In this document: one piece after another, positions 39,837-50,433 of the stretch
Layout of the letters: every line of letters starts with the position of its first letter
Position numbering within the stretch: the first letter of the stretch is position 1
Source: Utricularia gibba
Lineage: Eukaryota > Plantae > Magnoliophyta
Assembly: GCA_002189035.1 (NCBI GenBank)
Contig: NEEC01000014.1
Span: forward strand, 3,081,731-3,145,730
DNA length: 64,000 nt
Reading direction: 5' to 3'
The notes under the pieces: generated by a model
Seen by the model: the letters and a program-made list of their open reading frames with translations, nothing else
Told to the model about the DNA's origin: nothing
The model's database searches: none
Made by a program: the position numbers and the translations under genes

Positions 39837-39939
39837 AAAACATAGACTTAATATTTATGAACATACTGCGAAGCTTGTGAAGGAGATTCGAGGATTGGGG
39901 GGAAAAACTTGAGTTTATATTAAGTCTAGTATTAAGTCT

Positions 39940-41201
39940 CCCAAATTAGGAGTCATATTATTAAATATTTGATTTTTATTAGAAAATCATTCTTTTACTA
40001 TTTTGTATATATTTTCTATCTTTTTTCTCACACATTGATCGACACATGTCAGGAGACTGTCGTGGAGTGTTGCAGGAGTATTGCAGGTGGTCAGACTCTG
40101 AGTTTTCATGCCTTGTACGCGACTTGGAACGATTGTGGGCGGAAGACTGACAATAGTCGCGGCCCTTGACTTATAGCATGTCAGAGTCTGCAGAAATGAT
40201 TGGGTGCTAACTTGCACGCAAAGGAAGGCTGCTGGTGCACGCAAGACAGAAGAAATGATGGGAAGGGGACCCAAAGGAGTTAATGTACGTGGGGAGTAAT
40301 ATAAAAGCCACTTGAAGCACTTAGTTTCGGAGTTTTTTTTGGAACCTTTGGAACATTTTCTCTTGTACTTAGAACTTTTGAGTTCTTCCTCCCCTCCAAG
40401 AAAGAAGAACCCTTAGCTTCCTTTTCGTTTCTGTTTCCATAGCCCTTTCGGGCTAAAACCTTTTAGTTTCTGGGAGAAAATGAAGTTTTCTTCCAAGTCT
40501 TGAGCAATACACTCAGTTCTTCGCTGGATTGATTTCGGATTCTGCATACTTCCACACGTATTGTTGCAGTCTTTCTATAACGACTCTTAGTCAAGGTCTA
40601 TGAGTAGCAGGCCACTCCTCGCGGATTTTGGTCAAGATCAAGGTGAAGAGCACAAACTCCAACCCTGCCGGTTCGAGGGAAGTAGCAGATTGTTTGTGTC
40701 CTAGATACCGCGACAATGGACAGGTTGTGACCTCGGACTTGCCACTGGCCATTGGCAACAGTTTGGCACATGCATGCAATTCGGTTTTGAAGGCAATTGA
40801 AGGCAAGCCTCTTGTCCTCTTGATCGTTTAAGGGGGAATCACATGAAACTATTCCCGTGTCTCCTCTTCAATCAGAGTGTAAGGGAGAGTAAGCTATTCC
40901 TTGCTCCTATAATCAGCTATTCGGAAGAAATCAGTGAAAACTGTGGCAAGGACGGACAAAGGAAGGAGATGGAATCTCATTCCCAGGAACTGTGTACCGT
41001 AGTCAAGGCCCATCACTTAGATTGTAACTTTTATTTTAGCATCTTAAAAACCCTCTTTTGCATAATCGTGACATTTTTTGAAGGTTCTTTACAAAACACT
41101 TTTCACGAAAAAAAACTCTCTAAGATCGATACTCGTACTATGCTTTTTGTGTTTTACATTTTATAAATATTTAAAATTTGTTAACGAAACAATACGCAAC
41201 A
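39940..41201 (+). mobile_element. Unassigned LTR-like segment (Athila/Tat-like), 5' truncated
   Basis: Non-coding, TATA-like tataaaag near 40300, ends ...acgcaaCA abutting a copia C-type LTR remnant; no second copy in the window. Confidence 0.35.
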
Positions 41202-41300
41202 CTAATCGAACCCAACACTTTTTTACTAAAACATGACTTTACGACACAAAATTAGTGCTTCTAATCACCTTCAACCTTTGGATTGAGGCTGATCTAGCAT
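41202..41300 (-). mobile_element. Remnant of copia C 5' LTR
   Basis: Shares the short C-type signature (actaaaacatgacttta.gacac) with 23150-23245; followed by CCCTT, matching 22941-22945. Confidence 0.75.
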
Positions 41301-41403
41301 CCCTTGATTCTTTTTTGCTCTTAATCTAGTGAAGTGATATCAATGGAGGATCTTCTGTCCTTTATCTTCATTGTGATCATTTGTAGTATCCATGATCTTA
41401 TCA
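41301..41403 (-). mobile_element. 5' end of the CRM LTR split by copia C
   Basis: Starts TGATAAGATC on the minus strand; joining 22931-22945 to 41306 onward restores colinearity with the CRM LTR at 8325-8450. Confidence 0.75.
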
Positions 41404-43537
41404 GTTCCCTTTGGTTCAACAAATGCCCTATTCTATTCATGGGGTTAAGGACAAGTGTGTTTGTTGCTTCTGTGGATGACTCTGTGATTCCATTCGTATA
41501 TGCTATTCTGATTTATCCCCAGGATGAGGAGAAGCATGTGCAGCTTCTTGGTGCCGGTTTGCTGCATTTCCAGGGCTGTCAGTTGTATGACAAGTTTAGT
41601 AGATATGATTTCTCGGCTATCCAGTGCATTGTCTCATGGACACAAAGCATCAACTGAAGGCACCAAGGTGGATTTCGCGAAAGTTACAGTGGCGGTGTCG
41701 TCGCCTCAAGCATGCGCAGCTTTTTGGGTGAAGTCGAGTGTGAAAAGAGTCACAAGTACTCGTTCACTCAAAAGGAAAAGAACATGAGGCTAATGAGATG
41801 GATTGAAGTGCTCAGGGAGGACGACCTTGTAGTCAAACACCATTCCGATAGGGTAGCTAAGGTCGTGCATGTTGTAATATAGGAAGAACCCATGGAAGAA
41901 TGGCCGCTTGTGCGCAGGATGGCGGATCTCAAATTAGATGTGGTGCAAGATTGATGGCGAGACGAGGCTAATGGCACACTGCAGAAGCACGAAGTCTAAA
42001 CCTTTACGACACACTGGCTGAAATGACAATTATAAGGATGCGAAGAATGCAAACAATGGATTTTCCGGGCATTGGTCATTTAAAGTGCGATCATATAGGT
42101 TAGTTGATTGTAACACAATTGAAGTGAAGCAAAAGACCTTAAGGGAACCAAATGTACATCGGTTTGTGCAGCAAAATGAATCACGAGGGAAGAAAAGGGA
42201 TGATGCTGCATTTGTAGCCAACGGTTGCCACATCCCAAAGGATTAAAGATGAGCAACACCTTAGACCTGGAGGGAAGCTACAACCATGGGGATTCCGGAA
42301 CCGCAATATATGCTATGTAGGTTGGACAAAGTTCCTTGTGGTATTAGTTAATGGATATGTAACTAACTTAATGACATTTTACCATGTATTTGAGTTACGG
42401 TACCCTTGGTCCTAACGTTCGTTGAGGTTTGGCGTTTTTTTCTCATGCGTCGAGGTCCCTAGTAATGGGTCATAAAAGCATCAAGCTCTCGATTTGCTGT
42501 GGATATGTGAACGTCAGAACAGGATATCAGTTAGTACACTTTATTGACACTCTGCTGCTATGTTGTACCGTGTCCTCGTGTTTGGAATATTAGTGGCCAT
42601 CATTTGATGAAATCAAGGGGAAACTTGAAGTATATACAAATTTGAAAATCATCTTATTAGCAGAATGCAATTGCAGGCATGCAGTATGTCTTACATGAGT
42701 AGTTCACATGGCTGAGGCATAGGGAGATATATATGCTGAATTTGAGGCTTAGGGGCATGGTCCCCTCAAGATTTCGAGGGTGGCCAGAACAACACGAAAA
42801 ACAATCGAGACGAAAAGGAATTCAAGAGGTTTAGAGGCATTCTATAGTGTCCTACGAGTCTTGGGGTTAGAGTAACTGATGATAACCTAAATGATCTGCT
42901 ACTGGTGCTACGGTGTTTCGATCGTTCGAATTATGTTTAGGTTATCATGCGTAAAGCATAAGGACAAGTGTGTTTGTTGCTTCTATGGATGACTCTGTTA
43001 TTGTGTTTATATATGCTATTCTAATTTATCCCCGGGATGAGGATCAGCATGCGCAGCTTCTCGGAACCGGTTTGCAGCGTTTCCAGGGCTGTCAATTGTA
43101 TGAAAAGTTCAGTAAAGATGATTTTTCGGTTGTCCAGCTTGTCGTCTCATGGACACATAGTGTAAACCGAAGGTACCAGGGTGGATTCAGCGAAAGTCGC
43201 AGTGGGGACGGTGTCGCCTCTAGCCGAAAGTGCATAGGGGGTTCGAGATTGATTGGACACGGCAGGTTGGTATTCGAAGTTTCTTAAAGGATATTCAAAG
43301 ATTGCCGTACCCCCTCTATGAATCGACGAAGAAAGAAGTGAAACACTTATCTCCTGAATTGTGTGAACGCAATTTTCATTCCCCTAGACACCCTTACACA
43401 ACCTAAGATGACAGGGAATATCGGTAGTCATAGTGATGCATATTAGGATGTGCTTGATGTAGTAAGAAGGCATTAGAGCATCTGGCTCTAGAAAGCCAAC
43501 GCCTCATGAAAAAGTTAGGCTAGTCATGACGTGGAAA
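41404..43537 (+). mobile_element. Family X, two internally deleted passes (RT relics near 41430 and 42970)
   Basis: ORFs 41334-41657 and 42970-43287 are homologous to 19044-19412; 42305-42960 is colinear with 16845-17300 and 18720-18990. Confidence 0.8.
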
Positions 43538-43569
43538 ATGCAAAATCATTCCTAGTGTATGAACCGAGA

Positions 43570-44453
43570 TCCGGTTCTGATATTCGCATGTGAACAGCAA
43601 ATCGAGAGCTTGAAGCTGTCATGACCCATGACCAGGGACCCAAACACATGAGATATGAATGCTAAGCCTCAACAAACGTTAGGAACAAGTGTAACGTAAC
43701 TCTAATACAACGTGGTAAAATGTAATTAAGTTGGTTACATATCCATTAACTCATACCAAAATGAACTACATCCAACCTAAATAGCATATATCTCGTGACA
43801 TGCGTGTGGTTTGTACACCGCTTCGAAGACCCCCCCCCCCCCCCCCCACAACATTTTACAGTCCAAACTCCTGCTCTGGTTGATCACCACACCTTCAACT
43901 ATTCTCGTCTACACCTGGAACAAGCTTAAAACATATAGTGGTCATGCTGCTACAATTTCATATCACGAAAGGGTATGAAGAAAATAAAGAGGTACGGAGG
44001 ATAAAATCCCAGGAACAAGCATATAACCACAAAGTAAGTCCCATAGTGTTTCTTTGATGAAATCCGTTGACCCTTCGATTCAGCCATCGCCTCCGTGTCT
44101 TAGCATTTGGGTCATGTGCTTTCCAAGTTCATGAGTGGTGATCAGGAGACCAACGAAGTCACCACCACCTCCAAACGCAGACCCTATCATGGATAAACAT
44201 GTTTTTGCTCTTTTTGCGTGGCTAACCCCATGAGGATGCCTCACACACGTCTTTCATTTTTACTCATGAATCCCATGGCTAAAACAACATTGCTACGGGT
44301 GTGGGTCCAAACCCCTCTCCAATTTCGAACACATGTTCACATAGCACGTACGAAGGGAACCATGAATGTTTCCTATACATCGATAGGATAAAACTCTTTT
44401 GGGAAGTTTCAATAGGGTACCTTACCTATAAGCGGAATGGTTAAAGCATCCTC
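43570..44453 (-). mobile_element. Family X non-coding segment in reverse orientation
   Basis: Diverged reverse complement of about 16225-17075; cut at 44453 by a copia LTR. Confidence 0.8.
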
Positions 44454-47400
44454 TGTTGGAGATCAGCCTCAATCCAAAGTTTGAAGGTGATTGGAAGCAC
44501 TAATCTTGTGTCATAATGTTATATTTCAGATAAAAAGGTGTTGAGTTCGAGCATGGAAGTGTTGGATTCGAGTTGTTGGCTTTTTGTGTGTTTTCAATAA
44601 TTGTGGCCCACTGTAGGATAACCTAGGTATTGGGTATATATAAACTCTACTAGGAATGCGTGTGTCAATTAGGTTTTGGTCATTCTTATTGTTCATGAGT
44701 CGTTTTTCATCCAAGGTGATCTCAGAAGCATTACCTTTTTGTTACTTCCCAAGACTCTCTTTTTCTAGCATCAACATGGTATCAGAGCAGTAAGGTTATC
44801 AAATCTGTGCTCGTTTCAGTATTTTATTTACCGTTCAGCGTTTTTACTTGGTGGATTACAAAGTATCAACCCAAAGCTTGTCAAGCGGTGACTATGATGG
44901 CATCTGGTAGAGGACCTCCAATATTTGATTGTTCAGAGTATGGATGCTGGGTCAAAAAGATGCGCAGCTACCTGCGGGTCAGAAAGATTTGGGATGTTGT
45001 CGAAAGGGAGATTCCGGCGATTACAATAACAAGCAAATCCACATCAGAACAGAACGAGGAAGCTGAATATCTTCAACAGAGAAAAGATGAAGCAATGGAT
45101 GCCATGTATCAAGCAATCTCTGAACATCTATTTGATGATATTGCAGAGTGTCAATCGGCAAAAGAAATATAAGATACTCTCAAATCCCATTATGAAGGTG
45201 ATGCCAAATTGAGAGAAATATTATGCAAAAACAAGCTGGAGGACTTTGAGAGGAACAAAATGTTAGACAATGAAACCATACAAGTCTATATGAACGTACT
45301 GCGAAGCTTGTGAAGGAGATTCGAGGATTGGGGGAAAAACTTGAGGATCAAAAGGTGATTAGCAAGGCAATCATGAGCCTACCTGCAAGATTCGAGCCAA
45401 AGTTATGTACACTTGAGACAGAAAGAAAAATCCTTGACATTATCGAAGGAAAGCTCCATCAGTTATATCCTGAATATCCTGTTACACCAGAGCCAACATT
45501 TAGAGAGTTCATGATTGAGTTGCAATCTACAGAAAAGAGATTGGAGATAAGAGATGGTTATGAAGTTGAGAAAACTTATGGTGAAGCTGCTCTCCTCACC
45601 AAAATGCAGAATATGAATATAAACTCAGGTGCAATTAACAATGTCAAGGATGCCAAATCAACAGCCATCAAATAATCACCAACGTCAATCCCCACATCAA
45701 CGATGGGCAATCAGAAGTGCAGGCATTGTGACAAATCCAACCATAAGAGTGAAGATTGTTGGACTTTAAGCACAAATGCTTGCAAGCATTGTAACAAACA
45801 GAATCACAGGAGTGAGTTTTGTTGGTGGAAGCCTGATGCTTCGTGCACGAAATGCAATCAAAGAGGCCATCTTGACAAGGTATGTGGAATGTCAAATCCA
45901 ATAAAAGTTGAGCATAACAAGAAGGCTACTTCCAGGGAAGAGAAATCACATGCATTCTTTACCTACTTTGAAGATGAGCCAGAAATATCTTTTGAAGATC
46001 CTTTTGAGTATGAGTGTGCTCTAATGACAGTAGCCTCAGATGTTAAAGGCTGGTACTTGGACTCTGGTGCCTCCTATCATGTATGTTGTGATACAAGGTC
46101 ATTTCTCAAGCTTGAAAGGATTGGAAAGGAGGTAAGCACGTGCACTGGTGAAAATATTGGCATTGTGGGTAAAGGAAGCATTTTACTCTTGCTAAAAGAA
46201 GGAATTGTTCAAGTTGATGATGTTTATTATTCACCAAACCTCAAACAGAACCTGTTGAGCTTTGGCCAATTGAGCAGGCAAGGTTTTGACATTGAGCTGA
46301 TGAAAGATGCTGGCGGTATAACCACTACAGTTAAGGTTGCTGATCCAAAAACGAAGATTGAATTCCATGCTGTGTTGACCATCTACAACCTCTACCAAAT
46401 CATGGTCAGTGATCATAAAAGTTGTATTTTCTCACTTCAAGATCAAAGCAACCTTTGGCACAAAAGGTTTTGGGCACTATAACTTCAACAATCTGAAAAT
46501 ATTGCAGAAGAATAAGGAAATACTGGAATTGAAAGACATCAAGTTTGCTAATGCCATATGTGAATTGTGTCATCAAGGTAAACAGTGTAGAAAGCCCTTT
46601 TATTCCAGTGATTCAGTAGCAAAGGAGAAATTAGAGCTTGTGCATACAGATGTTTGTGGACCATTTAAGGAATGTTCATTAGGGGGGAGTAGATATTTTG
46701 TTACATTCATTGATGATTATTCACGTTATTGTTGGGTTTACTTTCTTAAAAGCAAGTCAGAAGTTCCTCATATCTTTCGAAAATTCAAAGTGATGGTTGA
46801 GAATCAGAGTGGGTGCTCTTTGAAGATGATTAGATCAGACAATGGAGGCGAATTCTACAATAATAGCATGAGAATGTTCTGTGAAAATGAGGGAATGCAT
46901 CAATTCACCGTACCATATTCTCCACAACATAATGGTATATGTGAAAGGAGAAACAGAACAATCCTTGATATGTCAAGATGCCTATTGTTTGAGAAAGGTC
47001 TTCCTGTAAGTTTCTGGGCTGAAGCGGTATCTACATCTGTATATCTATTGAATTTGCTTCCCTCAAGGGCGATTAGTGGAAAAACCGCCCATGAAAAATG
47101 GCATGGTTATATTAAAAAGGTTGATCATCTCAAAATCTTTGGTAGTCTGTGTTTTACTCATATACCAGACCAAAAACGAGGAAAATTTGAAAAGAAATCT
47201 GTATCTGGTGTATTTGTTGGTTATAGCAACACTACCAAGGGATATAAAGTTTATCTACCTCAACAGAAGAAATTTATCCTCAGCCATGATGTCACTTTTG
47301 ATGAAGGTGCAAGGTATACTTTAATTGATGATTGCATTGCTCTGAGTGATGCAGAAGCTCATAAAAGTCTTGAAAGGCATAGCACCCATGTGAAACGAGA

Positions 47401-50400
47401 CCTCTGGACACACATGCCTCAAAACTTCTCTTCCAGCAATTCAACAAACCCTAAACTTCAGAACTCGTTCATGAAGATTCAAATCAAGTAAATGATCAGC
47501 ATTTAGATGAGAATTTTCCAGCTCAAGAGGAGGAGAAGGTCACAAATCAAGATGGCTCGTCCAATGAGAATTCAGAATCAAACTCTGAACCCCTATATGG
47601 ACGATCTCATCAGGCCAATAATCAACCTACAGATGGGAATTTCGAAATCCAGGAAGAGGAGCAAGGCACGAATGCAGAAGACTCATCAACAGATGAATCT
47701 AATGGAGAAGAACCTGATACTGATGATGAAGATTATTACCCATCTGATCGTGATTGGCAAAGGAGAAAACGCAAAAACATCAGAGATTCAATAGATAATG
47801 AAGATAGTCATGTTACTGACATTAGAAGAAGCAAAAGAAACAAGGCTCCTACAATAAGTTTCTCCAAGTTGAATGATGATGTCCAAGATGTTGTGGCTGA
47901 TATTTCGGCTGGATTATTGACAGGAGATCCAACATCATTTGAAGTGGCTGTACAAAATCCTAAATGGAGAGAGGCCATGAAGGAAGAAATGAATTCTATA
48001 CTTGAAAATGAAACATGGGAGTTAGTTGAGAAACCCAAGGATAGGGGTTTCAAACCTATTGGCCTCAAGTGGTTATTCAAAACCAAGATGAATGCAGATG
48101 GCTCTATCAACAAATATAAGGCTAGATTAGTAGCCAAGGGATATAGTCAGATCAAAGGAATAAATTTTCATGAGATTTTTGCACCAGTAGCAAGATTTGA
48201 CACAATTAAAGTACTTCTTGCCATTTCAGCTGCTCATGGATGGAAAGTGCATCACATGGATGTCAAGACTGCGTTCTTGAATGGTGTATTGGAGGAGGTT
48301 GTTTTTGTTGAACAACCAAAGGGCTTCGAAGTGTCAGGTCATGAAGACAAGGTATTGAAGCTAAAGAAATCTCTCTATGGGTTGAAGCAAGCTCCTAGAG
48401 CATGGAATGAACGCATGGATAACTTTCTCCAGGGTATTGGTTTCAGAAAAACATATAGTGATTACTCATTATATGTTAAAGGAAAAGAAGATGATCGTTT
48501 ATTGATGAGCCCCAGGAAGATAATGAAGTGTATTTGAAGAATGATGAGGAGTTTGTTCAAGTGAACAAATTAGAAAGAAAGATGATTCCACCAGGACCAA
48601 TGACTAGGAGCAAGATAAAGATGTTGAAAATACACTTAAGGGTCTACTCAATACCATTGGAATCAAACATGGGTTTGAAGACATCCCATCAAAAGAGCTC
48701 AACTACTTGAAGATGGACTTAACTTAGAGCATTGGGCTTGTTAGACTTTTCTATTTCATTTAGTTTGGACTATGTAATGTTAGAGCCCAATTCTAGAGTA
48801 TAAATACTCTAGAGATGTACTAATTCAGGATCTTTGGTCATTTTATGTATCTTGTGAGGATTCCCCTCTCCTTTGAGTGCTTGAACACTCTTAACTTATC
48901 AAGCTTTGAGCTTGTGGCGTTCTAGGATTATCACTTCCAATCAATCTCTCTTTTCTGAAGTGTGGCTCCTAATTTTCTTTGTTTCGAAGTCTGGTTGCAG
49001 GAGATTTATTCCCTTGAGGGTAGACTTGGGTGGGTTCTCTTCTAAGCTTCAAAATCACCTCTTTTTTGTGGGTTGCTAATCTCTATAGATTAGAGGGTCA
49101 CATCATTTATTTATTAGCTTATATGTGGATGATCTTATGATTACCTCAGGTAATGAAAGGAAGATTGAGGAATTCAAAGCTCTACTCAAAAATGAATTCA
49201 AGATGACTGACCTTGGAATGATGTCCTATTATCTAGGCATGGAAATTCATCAACTTGAAGGTGTTGGAACATTTATATCTCAGAAAAAGTACTGTAATGA
49301 ACTTCTTGATAGGTTTGGGTTCAAAGATGTCAATCCTTCAAAAACGCCTTTGGATTACAAACAAGTGATTGGAGAGAACAATCAGGGAAGGAATGTGGAT
49401 GCCACTACTTATAGAAGTATGATTGGAAGCCTCATTTATCTCCAGCATACAAGGCCTGACTTGTGTTTTTGTGTAAATGTCTTATCTCGCTTCCTCAACA
49501 AACCAACAACAACTCACATGGCAGCTGTGAAAAGAGCTTTCAGGTACATAAAATCTACTACTGATTTCGGATTGTTCTATCCCTATGAAGGTGAAAAACC
49601 AGCCTTGAAACTTAGAGCCTACTCAGATAGTGATTATGGTATGGCTGAAGATAGCAAGAGTACATCTGTTGCACTCTTCTTCTTAAATAAGACCCCTATA
49701 GTCTGGTTTTCGAAGAAACAAAAAGTGGTAGCACAATCAACAGCTGAAGCAGAATACATCTCAGCAGCATATGCTTCGAACTATTGTGTTTGGTTGAGGC
49801 AGATGCTAAACGAACTTGGATTCATATAAAAGGAAGCTACACATTTGCTTATGGATAATCGAGCTGCAATCTCCATTGCCAAAGATCCAACGAACTTCAG
49901 CAAAGCCAAGCACATAAGAATCAGGTATCATGTCATAAGGAATTACATCAAGGAGAAGAAGATTAAAGTGCAGTATGTTGAGAGTGGGAATCAGCTTGCT
50001 GATGGGCTCACCAAAGGTTTGAACAGAGTTCAGTTTGAGCTAGCAAGGAAGAACATGAATCTCATGACTATAGAAGACTTTCTCAAGTTGGGAGATCCGG
50101 TCTGGGGGGAGTGTTGGAGATCAGCCTCAATCCAAAGTTTGAAGATGATTGGAAGCACTAATCTTGTGTCATAATGTTATATTTCAGATAAAAAGGTGTT
50201 GAGTTCGAGCATGGAAGTGTTGGATTCGAGTTGTTGGGCTTTTTGTGTGTTTTCAATAATTGTGGCCCACTGTAGGGTAACTTAGGTATTGGGTATATAT
50301 AAACTCTACTAGGAATGCGTGTTAATTAGGTTTTGGTCATTCTTATTGTTCATGAGTCGTTTTTCATCCAAGGTGATCTCAGAAGCATTACCTTTTTGTT

Positions 50401-50433
50401 ACTTCCCAAAACTCTCTTTTTCTTGCATCAACA
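44454..50433 (+). mobile_element. Ivana-like copia, mirror of copy A, with non-matching flanks
   Basis: LTRs 44454-44776 and 50112-50433; PBS tggtatcagagc at 44777-44788; PPT ggggggag; 5' flank TCCTC versus 3' flank CATCT. Confidence 0.95.
48503..49105 (+). mobile_element. CRM solo LTR with TSD TTTAT (mirror of 30274-30876)
   Basis: TGATG...CATCA; TTTAT at 48498-48502 and 49106-49110. Confidence 0.92.

Noticed and set aside
39600-39950. Repair scar lying near the geometric centre (about 39690) of the giant inverted repeat
   Set aside because: The centre is only the midpoint of a non-palindromic 9.5-kb spacer; no symmetry exists there, so the proximity is treated as coincidence.
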